Part shown: positions 48,780-62,184 of the stretch, piece after piece
Layout of the letters: each line of letters starts with the position of its first letter
Position numbering within the stretch: the first letter of the stretch is position 1
Origin: Malacoraja senta
Taxonomy: Eukaryota
Direction of reading: 5' to 3'
Assembly: GCA_038087875.1 (NCBI GenBank)
Contig: CM075988.1
Location: 1,302,001-1,366,000, forward strand
Length of the DNA: 64,000 nucleotides
Position numbers and translations under genes: made by a program
Notes under the pieces: model-generated
The model's input: only the letters and a program-made list of their open reading frames with translations
Told to the model about the DNA's origin: nothing
Database searches by the model: none

Positions 48780-50820
48780 TGCAGGTGCAGTAGAGATGCA
48801 GTTAGGGCACTGGTCTGCTCCTGCTTCAGGTTGTAGGCAGTTAGGGGGACTTCCATTGTCCCTGAAGACTACACTGTGGGAAGTGGGTCTGACTGACCGC
48901 TGGAGGGAACTGGAGCTGTGGCGGCTGAACAGTTCAGGATCGCCCTTAAGTGAGAGTAACGTAGATAGTGTTTCAGTGAGGTGGTCACACCTAGCATAGT
49001 AGCTGGGTGACCAACAATAAAGGCTGAGAGTGTAGCCCTGTAGCCATCCCCCTCAGAAAAGTGTGACCTTTTGGAAACTGACAGGGCGGGGGGGGGGGGG
49101 GGGGGGCAGGTAGAGAAGGGAAAGAGAGGGAATGAATGTACAGAGGAGAGCAGCATGGAAGGGCAAAGTCAGATAGGACCAGTGATATGAGACATATTAA
49201 TTAAGGGACATACAGGTGATCCTGAGACTCCAGGATGGTGTGTTGCCTCCTTGATGCCAGGGTCCAGGAGGCTGCATGACATTCTCAAGGAGGGAGGGGG
49301 GGGGAGCAGCCAAAGGTCGATGTTATTAACACTTGTGAAATTGGTAGGGAAAGAGATGAAGTCAAGCAGAGTGAATATAAGGAGTTAGACAAAAGATTAA
49401 AAGGCAGGACCTCAAGGATACTAATTTCAGATTACTCCTGGAGCCATATGCTAGTGAAAGTAGGAATAAACATTTTAGGATAAATGAATGCATGGCTGAG
49501 GGGTTGGTGCAGAGGGCAGGGATTTAGACTTTTGTACCTGAACTGGAGGGGGACCGATATAGGTTGGTGGGAGGCTGGTACCGAGGCCAATGACAGTGGA
49601 CAAGATAGGCAGGAGCACGGCAGACAGTGAGGAACGACGGTTGGATTAAATTGCATTTATTTGAAGGCTAGACGCCTGACAGTTACGGCGGATGAACTCA
49701 GGCCATGGACAGGTACATGTGACAGGGACATTATCACCATTATGGGAATCTGGCTATGGGAGAAACATACACGCAAGGAGACTGTAGGCAACGGCAAGAC
49801 TAATAGGGATTTTAACTTTCACAATATAGCTGGGACTGCTTTGGTCCCAAGGGCTTTGATGGGGAGGAATTTGTCAAATGTGTCCAGCAACGTTTCCTTT
49901 GGCAATATGCAGAGGGCAAAGGGCAAGGCTTGACCTACCCTTTGATAATTGGGAAGGGCAAGTGACTGAAGTCTTGGTGGGTAAGATTTTTGGGACCAAC
50001 GACCACAGTTCTATTAGCTTTAAAATAATAGTGGAAAAGGACAGTGCAGGCCCACAAGTTAAAGTTTTGAATTGGGGCAAGATCAACTTTGACCTTCTTG
50101 GGCTGCTGCGCTTTGTGTAGTGAGGAGGTCCCACTGGGCTCTCAGTTACAGGGCACCCAGGCAGTAACATCAATGGGGGACACCTTTACTCGGTTAATGC
50201 GGACATTCTGCAATAACAGACACCATTCCCCCTTCCCCCTATGGTCCACTATAATTAGCTTTAACTGTAATTCCAATTATGGAGTGCAGAGATTGTTGAT
50301 GCAGGTACTTGCCAGAGTTAGTGGTTGAGGCAGAAATTATAACTCCTATTAAAACAAAGGTTTAGACGAATACTGTCCCAACATAGGCAAATGGGACTAG
50401 TTTAGATGGGGATTCTTGGTTGGCATTGGTTGTACAAGGCCCTGTACCCATGATGCATGACTCTGTGACTAGAGTGAGGGGTAAGGCAAATAGGATAAGG
50501 AAGCCTGGATGACAAGAGATATTGAAGAAAAAGGGAGGTGGCTTGGGTCAGATAATTGGGACCAAACCCCTGGATCAGTATAGTGGACTGAAGTGCATAC
50601 TTAAGAAGGAAATCAGGAGGGCAAAAAGAGAGCATGAGATTGTTCTGGTAGAGAAGGTTAAGGAGAATCCTAAGAGAATTGTATATATTGTAGAAAATAG
50701 GGTAACTTGAGAGAGAATGGGGCCCTTCAGAAGTCAAAGTGGCCATCCATGTATGCAGCTGCAGGAGATGGGCAAACTCAATGAATATTTCTCCTGTTTT
50801 TATCATGGAGATTGACAAGA
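48780..50820 (+). mobile_element. Degraded CR1 5' part (ORF1 zinc-finger/SGNH esterase-like and EN remnants)
   Basis: Degenerate VCCL..ARV, RTS..LISGLL, MNAWLRGWCRGQGFR and RDFNF/NDH motifs. Confidence 0.65.
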
Positions 50821-53005
50821 CTCGGAAGATACAAGGAACTACAGATGTTGGAATCTTGAGCAAAACTCAAACTACTGGAGTAAATCAATGGGTCAGGTGG
50901 CACCTGGGGAAGTAATGGATTGATTACATTTTGAGTCGGGATCCATATTCGGACTGATAGTAGTGGGGTGAGGGGAGAAAGCTGGAAAGAGGTGGGGGCG
51001 GGGCAAAGCCTGGTAATTGAAAGGTGGATACAGCTGAAGGGGGTTTTGATTGGAAGATGGGAGGACAAAGGCTGGAAATTAAATGATACAAAAAGGTATG
51101 GGTTAAGAGATGAGTAAAGTGTACAGCCGGGAGAGATATAGATGGAGGACAGGATGATGGGGGGGGGGGCGGGGGGGGAAAGAGGGGCAGGATAGCGGGA
51201 GAAATAGGTGCACACCTCCTCCATTGTCATTGAGACCACACGCAAACTGGAGGAACAGCACCTTATATTCTGCTTGGGTAGCTTACAACACAACGGCATG
51301 GACACGGAATTCTCCAATTTTAAGTAAGCCTTTCTTCACCCTTCCACCCCTTCTCTCTGCTCACTGCCACCCCCCCTCCCAACCCTGGTGCGCACCCATT
51401 ACTCCCGCTATCCCAACCCCTCCATCTATATCTCTCCCTTTGGCTTTATATTTCACTCCTCTCCTTACCCAACACACTTTTGTCTCTTTTTTCATTTCTA
51501 GCCTTTGTCCACTCATCTCCCAATCGAAACCCCCCATCACCTGAGTTACAAGGAGACTGGAAGGGCAGGGACTGTTTTGAACAGGTACATGGATGGGAAA
51601 GGTTTAGAGGAATGTTCTGATAAAGCTTCAGATCTTGCACTGATATATGCAATTACTAGCATTGCTACATACTGAAGCTTGACTGCAAATTATGCAGTGT
51701 AGTTACAATGAGAAAGATTGGGAAAGGTGTTGGGGCCGCCCTATTTGATAATTAATATATTGTAGATCTATTAGCAGATTTCAAAAGTACATACTTGCAT
51801 GCCACAACAAAGTAAGCATAAGGTGGAGATTAATTTTGTCAGGCAGCAAATAGAGAGTTGTTGCACAGTTCCTCCCACCTGCCGCAGTCTGAGGCTTTAC
51901 TCACGTCAAAGCCAGCCTGTACCTGTTCTCTTGGGAAGATCAGGAACGTTTCCGTGGAAGAGTTCCTGGTGACTATGTCTAATCATGTTCAGCTGTAACT
52001 TCTGACTGACAGTAGAGAGCAGCAGGAGCAGTAGTTGGACTTGCCAAGGAATGTCCTCAATATCACTTGGTGACCAGTGCACAGATGTAGGCAATGGGTA
52101 ACTGGGATACCACTAGGAACAGCAGAAGGGATAGACATGGGGTGTGCAATTCCTCTGTGGCCATTCCCTTGGTAACAAGTAAAACCTTTTGGATACTGTT
52201 AAAGGGATGGCCTTACAGAGGAGAGCAGCAGCAGCAGCAGCATACAAACTCAAACCAACTAACCTACAAACCTCTACATCTTTGGAGTATGGGAGGAAAC
52301 CGATGATCTCTGAGAAAACCCACGCAGTCACAGGGAGAACGTACAAACTACGTACAGACAGCACCCATTGTCGGGAACCAACCTGGGTCTCTGGCGCTGC
52401 AAGCACTGTAAGGCAACAACTCTACCGCTGCGCCACCATGCCGCCCATTTGGTAAGACAAACCAGGGCAGAGTTTCACAGTATATGGTAGTGCTCTGGGG
52501 AGCATTGGAGAGCAGAGACACTTTGGGATGCAAGTACATAGCTCCATGAAAGTGGTGACACAAGTCTTTACTTTAGACTGAAACTGAAACTTTACAGGTG
52601 CAGCGCAGAAACTTGCCCTTCAGCCCACCGAGTCCACACCAACCAACGATCACCCCATACACTACCACTATAGGCACACTAGGTACTATTTATTTTTTTA
52701 ACCAAAGCCAATTAACCTACAAACCTGTATGTCTTTGGAGTGCAGGACGGAACCGGAAAAACCCCACGCTGTCATGAGGAGTACGTCCATACAGCCAGCA
52801 CCCGTAGTCAGGATCAAACCCGGGTCTCTGGCGCTGTATGCCAGCAAGTCCACCGCTGCACCATGAACCGTCAGGGTAGTGAAGAAGCCATTTGGCATGC
52901 TTGCCATCATTAGGCAGAGTACAAGAGTTGGAATGTCATGTTACGGCCACAGTTGGTATACTGTGTGCAGTTCTGGTCACCCTGCCATCCCCATTTTGTT
53001 CTTAC

Positions 53006-53118
53006 CGCTTTAGCAACCATCTGCCAGTACTGGTGACTCCGACACTCATCCATGCGTTCTTTGTGGAAGAAACGGCATTTTTCAGGAACGAGGAGCACGT
53101 CGCTCACAAACTCACCCA
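53006..53118 (-). CDS. APLP2: APLP2 copper-binding-domain (E1) exon
   Basis: ttcttgccag / gtaaga boundaries, 113 nt, phase 1/0. Encodes (V)[37 protein letters not shown]. Confidence 0.96.
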
Positions 53119-54121
53119 CTGGCAAGAAAAATAGATGAATTAGTATTTATATTCCCAGAAAGAACTATAGACAAGTTTTCAAACATCTAAAACAGGTCAC
53201 ACAAATGAATAGACTCATCACAGATTTTGAAAACCCATGGTAACATGGTACAGTAATTTCAAAATCTTTGGGGGACTAATTGAAAAGTTATTTCATAGAG
53301 GTGACAAAGGCATGGTGAATCCGCACAGCCTCCTTCTGTGCTTCACAATTCTATGAAATTCCAACGTTCCAAAAATAAGCTTTTGCAAAGTTGCCGAAAT
53401 CTAGGTTACACATTTTGCAGAATTGAGAGATTTTATTAAAATATGTCTATAGGCATTTTTATGCTCTTTAAAATCAATTGGCTCATATCTTTTGAAGACT
53501 CATAACTAGTTTCATCAAAAGGGTGAGAGGGGAGAGAGCATAAAATGCTTGGCTCTGGGACATTACACTCAACTTGTTGACGTTGACCAAAACAAAGGCG
53601 ATTTAAGTTACTCCAATTCCATTTCTATTAGGCTGTAACTATGAAGGTTGCTCTTCAAGTCTATTCCAGGTACTCAGTATGTATGCTTCCAACTGTATTC
53701 AGATACCCCCTCTTCTCCCAATACCCTTTCACTCCTTCTACCAACAAAACTATACCAACTTCTTTCCCAAGGTATTGAGCTTTGCACCAATAGAGATGTT
53801 TTTCTGAACCTTCTGAACCTTCTGAATTTTGTAGTCAGCAGGGCAGTACTCTGCATATCGCCAACTTGAACAATTTTTCTTTTTTTTTTATCAAGCCAAT
53901 TAAACTACAACCTGTACATCTTTGGAGTGTGGGAGGAAACTGAAGTTCTCGGAGAAAACCCACGCAGATCACGGGGAGAACGTATAAACTCCATACAGAC
54001 AGCACCTGTAGTCGGGATTGAACCCGGGTCTCTGGCGTTGCATTTTGCTGTAAGGCAGCAACTCTACCGCTATGCCACCGTGACTGTCGTTTCATGATAA
54101 TCTGGTTGTTAAGAGTATAAT

Positions 54122-54965
54122 CATAGAAACATAGAAAATTGAGCCAGCACCACCATTCAGTATGATCATGGCTGATTATCCAGAATCAGTACCTGGTTCC
54201 TGCTTTCTCCCCATATCCCTTGACTCCCTTAGCCCTATATCTAACTATATCTAACTCTCCCTTGGAAACATCCAGTAAATTAGTCTCCACTGCCCTCTGT
54301 GGCAGAGAATTCCACAGATCACAACACTGAGTGAAAATGTTTTCCTCGTCTCAGTCCTAAATGGCCTACCCCTTATTCTTAAACTGGGAATTTTTTTCCT
54401 GCATCTAGCCTGTCCAATTTGATGTTTCTGTAAGATCCCCTCTCATCCTTCTAAATTCCAGTGAATATAAGCCCAGTCAATCCATTCTTTCATCATATGT
54501 CAGTCCCGCCATCCCGGGAATTCTGGTGGACCTACGCTGTACTCCCTCAATAGCAAGAATGTCCTTCCTCAAATTAGGAGACCAAAACTGCACACAATAC
54601 TCTAGGTGCAGTCTCACCAGGGCCCTGTACAACTGCAGTAGGATCTCCTTGCTCCTATACTCAAATCCTCTCACTGTGAAGACCAAGATGCCATTAGCTT
54701 TCTTCACTGCTTGAATGCTTACTTTCAGTGACTGATGTACAAGGACACCTAGGTCTCGTTACACACTCCCCTTTTCCTAATCTGACACCATTCAGATAAT
54801 AATCTGCCCTCTTGTTCTTGCCACCAAAGTGGATAACCTCATTTATCCACGTTATACTGCATCTGCCATGCATCTGCCCACTCACCCAACCTGTCCAAGT
54901 CGCCCCTGCATCCTCATAGCATCCTCCTCACAGTTCACACTGCCACCTAGCTTTGTGTCATCCAT
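54122..54965 (-). mobile_element. CR1 3' fragment
   Basis: KKANG...[21 protein letters not shown] and a (ctatgttt) tail. Confidence 0.88.
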
Positions 54966-55414
54966 ATATGACAGATTTTTAGGTACGATTTCATGCATTC
55001 TTTGATCAGGGTCTTAATTATAAACAAGGCAACATGACATCAGTTGATTATGGGAGATTTGGAAACCATTGTACAGGGACAAAGCAGTTAGACTGGGTTT
55101 ATATTGCCTGTCCTTTCTATGACTATGCCAGAAGACTCATGACTAATGTTGGAGGATGCAAAAGAAAAAAGAAGTATCTGTTTCCATGCTGTATGACTCC
55201 AAGAATTTAATTTAGTCAAACTGAAAATTTCAAAATTCCACACTTTTGAGTGGGGTGAGGGGGGAGAAGACACTGACATTATAAGCCTTTTCTAGCTTAG
55301 TTTTAGTTTTTAGTTTTAGAGATAGAGATAGAGATAGGCCTTTCTGCCCATTGGGACCGCGCCGACCAGTGATACCCGCACATTAACACTATCCTACACC
55401 CACTAGGGACAATT

Positions 55415-56104
55415 CTATTCCCATTATTATAAGGGGAAAGAGGGGGGGGGGGAAAGTGGGGGAGGGAAGTGGGGGATAAGGGGGAAGAGGGGGGAGAGAA
55501 AGAGGGAGGGGAAAGAGGGGAAGCGGGGGAAAGAAGGGGGGGAAGAGGAGAAGGGGGAGAGGAGGAAAGGAGCGGGGAGCGGGGCGCACGTCAGCCAAAG
55601 GACTTCAGCGACTTCAATCCGGAGCCCGGGGGGGGGGGGGGAGTGGTCATCACAGAGGTGGGCCGATTCCCAAACGCTCCCGTTGGCGGCTCCCGCCTGC
55701 AGGATGCAGGCTTCAGGGGCCGAGTGTGGGGGGGGGGGGAGTGGTCTCGGGGGGGGGTGACATATCTCTCAGCGTGTGGTACACAGTGAAAAAACGGGGT
55801 GCGAGGTGGTAGTGGGGTCGGAGGGTGACGTCACTCGCAGCGCGTGGAATACGCCGCTGGCAGAGCCATTGTGACGTGCCCATCTCGTTTATTTTCAAAC
55901 ATTTGTGAACATTTTCATAAATAACTCAAGAAATAATGCTCAAAATTTTCAGGTAAGCCGTTTTTTGACTTCACCGGATAAATCTCTACAGGAATATGTA
56001 AAAATCTTACCATCAGGGCGTCGTTTTTTCGAGGAGTATGATTATACACACACACACACACACCCACACATCCAAGATCAGAGTTTTATAAGTATAAAAA
56101 TAGA
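55415..56104 (-). mobile_element. Helitron-like non-autonomous element
   Basis: Right end caagatcagagttttataagtataaaaataga is the reverse complement of the terminus at 19831-19858. Contains (CA)n and a purine-rich G tract. Confidence 0.5.
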
Positions 56105-57399
56105 GCCATTATCTTGTCAGAATTATGTTGTACAGAAAAGATCTTCGGGCCAATTTCTGCATTCTGGCCAAAGTGTCTACCAGAGCTAGTCACATTTAAA
56201 CAAGTGTATTCTACTTCGACCACTTCCTCTGGCAGCCCGTTCCATACACTCACCATCCTCTGTGTGAAACAGCTGACTCAAATCTTTTCCCTCTCATCAT
56301 AAAGTTGTGCCCTCTAGTTTAGACTCCCCTACCCTGGGAAATTGACTGAGACCATTCATCTCACCTTTGCTTCTCATAACTTTCTCAAAGCAAATGTTGA
56401 GTTGACTTTTCTCAACTGTTGTGACTGATGCCCCATTGCCAGATACAGATTGCTCACCTGACGTTTAACAGACAAGATCAGAAAGTGCTTTCAAACATAC
56501 CCTTTTCTTTATTTCTGTCTGGAAGATGAATTTAAATATAAATGAATAATAATCATAAAAAGCTTACATTTTCATTTTCTTCCACTATCATTACTGTGTG
56601 GTGAGTGGGTAGATATCGCTATAGAAATGATTAATCAATCACTCCTGGTCTTCATCAAGGTGAAAGCCCTTGCTCTTTCATATTCTTTTTCCTACCTCCA
56701 TTACATTCCTAATTACTGCAGTACAGTGACTTTATAGGTTCCTTCCTTACGAGTTGTAGTTTAATTATTTGCATCCCAATAAATCAATTACAGTCCCAAT
56801 ACAGAGACTTAAACAGATATTTAAAGTACTGGGGGACACAGCGACAAAGCAAATAGAGGCGCCGTCTCACAGCACCAGAGATCCAGGTCAGGTGCTGGCT
56901 GTGTGAATTTTACACATTCTTCATATAATGCCTGGTTTTATACCAGGTGCTCTGGTTTTCTCCCACATCCCAAAGATGTATAGGTTAGTAGGTTAACTGC
57001 CCTCTGTGAATTGTCCTTGGTGGTAGTGCCATTTATGTTTTTAGAGATACACATGGATATGCAAGGAATGGAGGGTTGTGGATCATGTGCAGGCATGAGA
57101 TATTTAGCTTGACATGGTCAGAACAGACATCGTGACTTGTTTCTGTGCTGTACTTTGAGCAAGCGCGTGGGAATCTGGTGGGAATTTATGAGAACGCGTG
57201 GAAAATAAAAAATGCTAGTAAAATAGGAATAGTGTGAAAATAAGTGGTGGGTGTGAACTCGTATGGCTGAACCAAACGTTTCTGTGCTGTATCTCTCTAC
57301 GGATCAAAGATGAGATTGACAAAACGGTGCAGCACAAAAGTCATCCTGACCTGTCCTTTCAGGTAAACAAAAACGTTCTATGACAATTTAAAAAGCAAT

Positions 57400-58180
57400 A
57401 GAATAGCATGAATAGGCCCTTCAGCCCATGATGTCTGCACCAACCATAATGCCAACAACTCTTATCTACTGGCACATTATGCATATCCCACCACTTCCTG
57501 CATATCCATGTGCCTATCCAAACGTTTCTTACATGTCACCAACATATCTGCCCCCAACATCACCCCTAGCAGAATAATCCAGGCAACCACCACACTCTGT
57601 GTAATAACCTTGTGCCACAGCTTTTTTAAACATTGCCCTCTGGTCCTTGACATTTCCACCCAAGGAAAAAGATTCAAGAATCCCCTAAACTTCCAGTATT
57701 CCAGAGAAAACAATCCAGGTCTTTCCAACTATCCTTGTAGCTAATACCTTCTAATCCAGGCATCATTCTGGTAAACATCTTCTGCAACCTGTCTGCACCC
57801 TTTCAAAATGATCCATATTCTTCCTGCAAGCGGTGATCAGAACTGCATGTAGTACTCCCAATGCAATCTAACCAAAGTCCTATAAAGCTGCATCATGACT
57901 TCCTGATTCGTACGCACAATATCCTGGCCAATGAAAGCAAGCATACCACATGGCTTCTTCATCACTCTATCTACTTGTGTTGACATTTTCAGGGAGTTAT
58001 GGACTTGGACTTCAAGATCCCTCCGTACACCAATGCTGTTAAGGGTCTTGCCATTAATTGTATATTTTCCCCTTGCATTTGACCTCACATTGGTGCAGAT
58101 TAAACTCCATTTGCTATTTCTCTGCTCATTTCTGTACCTGATCTATATCCCACTGTATACTTTGATGGCCTTCCACAAAG
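57400..58180 (-). mobile_element. Degraded CR1 3' fragment
   Basis: RDLEVQVH...GMLAFI...LYRTLVRLHWEY. Confidence 0.8.
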
Positions 58181-61100
58181 TTTATGATTGACAAAAATGG
58201 TAGGATCACATATGTTGAGGTTAAAAAAAAAGGAAATTATACTATTGCATCTGCTGCCACCAGCATTACTCAGCATGCATTTCATGATGCTCATCAATCA
58301 GTTTGAGAGATCCTTTCTAGAAATTAAGGCCAGTGAATAAAGAGGAGCATCAGGAGATAAGACACGTGGGCTGAGTATAAGAACACAAATAGAAAGGTTA
58401 TAATTTAACTATCTAGCCTACTCCACAAGAGAAAGATCCATTGGCTGATTTGATCTTGAGATTCACCTTGTCCAATCCCCATAACCTTGCATTTTTCATT
58501 GCTCAACAATTTAGTATTGAATATACTTATGAATTAGTGCTCTGGGATAGAGGATTCTAAACATTCAAATCCCAGGAACTCCTCTCATATCTGTCTTATG
58601 TGGTTACCCCTTCCCTTAATTCTGAACTCTCACGGAGAAATATCCTCAGCATCTACCTTGTCAAATCCCACAGAATTCTTAAGTTAACCTCCTATGTTTC
58701 TAAACTTAAAAGACCGCAGTCCCATCTTATCAATCCTTTTGCTATATATTACCCCCACCTCATCCAAAGAATATGTTCAGTGAATCTTTGTTGCTGTTCC
58801 ACCAAACAATAACATCTGTTCCGAAGATAGACACAAAAAGCTGGAGTAACTCAGCGGGACAGGCAGCATCTCTGGAGAAAAGGAAAGATTGAAGTTTCGG
58901 GTTGAGACCCTTCTTCAGACGGCAGTCTGAAGGGAGTCGACCGGAAACGTCACCCAAAACAAACAGCATCTGCAGTTCCTTCTCACAAATAACATCTGTC
59001 CCTACTCTTGTGGTTAAAGTTATACAAAACCAGGCTTTTTGACCCACCATTTCCTTACCAACCATGAATCTATACTAATCCCATTTATCAGCACAACCTC
59101 GATGCCGTGGCAATTTAGTTGATCTAGGTTTTCCTTTAATGTTATAAGAGTACCTCCCTCCACGATCTACTCGGGGAACATGACCCAGACAATCACAATC
59201 TGGGTGAATAAGACCTTCCTCCAATCTCTTCTAAACCTTTTATCCCTTATTCAAAACCTACTGCCTTATATGTTGGATGCTTTTGCTCATGAAAAGTTTC
59301 CAAAAGACTACACCTTTCATCAGTTTCTAAAGGTCAAACAATCCCCCCCTTCGTTCAAAAGAAGACATATCCAGCCGTTCAAGTGTCTCATAACTGAAGC
59401 GCTCAATTCCAGGCAACATCCTGGTGAACCTCCTCCGCAACCACTCCAAATGTCCTTCTTGAATAAAGGTTTCACATTTGTTGAACTCCACTCATCTGCC
59501 ACCAGACTCCATCCATCATTCTTGCATTGGAAGCCAACTTTCTGTTTGTCTTTCTAATTACTTTCTCATAGGGCTATACAACATGGAAACAGGTCTCTCA
59601 CTGTTCACTCCACAACCCACCTCACCGCCCACCCCAGATTAATGCCCAATTAACATACCAATCTGCATGCCTTCAGTGTGTGGGAAGAAATGAACAGTCA
59701 GAGGAAATCTAGGCAGTCATCGGAAAAACCTGCATATTCCACACAAATAGCACCAGACTGAGCCTAGTCTTAGAATATAGAACAGTAGAGCACAAGAACA
59801 GGCCTTTGGACACAATGTCTGTGCCGAGACTAACTTCCATCTGCCTGCCTGCCTGCCTGCACATGATTCATATCCCTCCATTCCCTCTATATCTATGTGC
59901 CTATTCTGAAGAAGTCTGAAGAAAGGTCTTGACCAAAACATCACCCATTCCTTCTCTCCAGAGATGCTGCCTGTCCCGCTGAGTTACTCCAGCATTTTGT
60001 ACCTATTTAAAAGCCTAATTGCCGCGATTGTATCTGCCTCCATAACCCTCTCTGGCAGCATGTTCGTCACCCACTGCCCTCTGTGCAAAAAGCTTGCTGT
60101 GCCATTTCTTTTAAACTTTGCTCCTTTCACCTTAAAGCTATTCCTCTTAGTAATTCAAACAGATACTCTATATTTCTTGTGCAAAGATGCTCAGAATTCT
60201 CTGATCAAGAATATTTAATTGGGTCACAGCATTTAAATAAATATTCTGAAATAAAAAGTAAGTGCTGAATAAGTTTGGAAGATCAGGTAGCATCCGAATA
60301 AATTAAATGCAAGAGCATATCAGAATGAGAAAGGATAAAATGAATGCTCAGTCTTTTTCCCAGGGTAGAGGATTCTAAAACGGGAGGCTTAAGGTGAGAG
60401 GGAGGGGATTTAAGAGGAACATTAGGGGCAAGTTTTTCACTGAGGATAGTCCGTATCCGGAATGAGCTGCCAGAGGATGCTATAGAAGAGAATACAATTG
60501 TGACTTTCATAAGACAATTGGACAAATAAAAACAGGAAAGGTTAAGTGGGCTAGGGCCAAATGCAGGCAAATGCCAATATGATCGTCATGGACAATGTGG
60601 GCCAAAGGGCCTGTTTCCATGCTGTATAGCTTTATGACTGGAAGGAGTATTAGTCCATTTGATTACTCATTCTTGCTTTGCCATTAATAAGATCATGGCT
60701 GCTCTTTTAACTCAGCACTCACTAATTCTAATCTAAGAGAGGCAGGCGATTTGGCCATTTGAGCATGCTGTACCTGTCTTAGAGATCGTGGCTGATCTTC
60801 TACCTCAATGCCATTTCCCTGCACTACCCTATCTTGATTACCTAAATATTCAAAAAAAACGCTGAACTGTTTCAAACACTGACTTTTCTGTCCTGGGCCT
60901 CCTCCATTGTCAGAGTGAGGCTAAATGCACATTGGAGGAACAGCACCTCATATTTCGCTTGGGCAGCTTAAAACTCAGCAGTATGAATATTGATTTCTCT
61001 AACTTCAAGTAACCCTTTCATCCCCTCTCTCTCCATCTCCCCTCTAGTCCTCGTACTAGTTTCACTGTCGTCCTGATAAGTTCCATTGTCTGGAACTCTT

Positions 61101-62184
61101 TTTCACCTAGCCCACATCTAACAATGGGGCTGTTTCGTGCATCACTTTTTGCATATCTTTCATTCATTTGTTCTATATCTCTCCATATCACCGTCTATAT
61201 CTCTCTTTCCCATTCCCCGACTCTCAGTCTGAAGAAGGGTCTCGACCGAAATGCCAGCTATTCATTTTCTCCAGAGATGCTGTCTGACCCACTGAGTTAC
61301 TCCAGCTTTTTGTGTCTATCCTTGGTTTAAACCAGCATCTGCAGTTCCTTCCTACACGCCATTATTTTTCTGTTTTCTTTCGCTTTGGTGCCTTCAAGGT
61401 AAAACTTTTATTACATACCATACATTAATTCTTAAAATATTTGCTATTGCTTAGTTATTGTCAGACCTTTTAATACAATTTACCAACCTAGCAGAACCAA
61501 CTCACACCACATGCCTTCTTAGTTTACTTTTTATCTTTTTACAAATTTATATTCTGTTATGGACACTCTTCCCCAAAGGCCTCTTAACAACCAATTACTT
61601 ATTCAGCTTTCTCAATGCTGATCTCAAATAGAGATAATGAGTCAATATGGGAGCAGGCTATTTAGAAAATGGCTTCCATTAATTCATATCCACATTATCA
61701 ATGCTAATTTGATCTACCCAGTTTATATGTAGATTAAAGTCCATGATAGTTATTTTATCTGCCTCTCCTAGATTAGGGTTAGTGCATGCTGAGTTACATC
61801 TACATTTCATGATTTTATTTTGTGTTCTATACAACTGCTGCTGTTTGGAGACATACAGACAGCTTCCAAAAATGTTTTCTGGTCTTGGCTCTTTCTTCGA
61901 TTCAGCCAAAGAGATTCTGCTCCTTGATTTTCCAAGATAAGCACCTTTCTCTTGGTGTATTAACCCAATACTGTCAGGGCTGCCCTATTCTTTTCTCTTT
62001 TTGAAGTTAAGTACCTTGGAATATTTAGATCGTAACCTCGGTCACTATGTAAGCAATTGTCTGAAAAGGGACAATTTCCAACACCCAAGAAAGGGAGTTT
62101 GTGGAGTGCCTCCGAGATGGATTTTTAGAGCAGCTTGTACTGGAGCCTACCAGGGAAAGGCAATTCTGGATTTAATGTTGTGTA

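Noticed and set aside
53648..53869. ORFs near the copper-binding exon as upstream APLP2 exons
   Set aside because: No resemblance to the growth-factor-like domain; the upstream exons must lie beyond the window.
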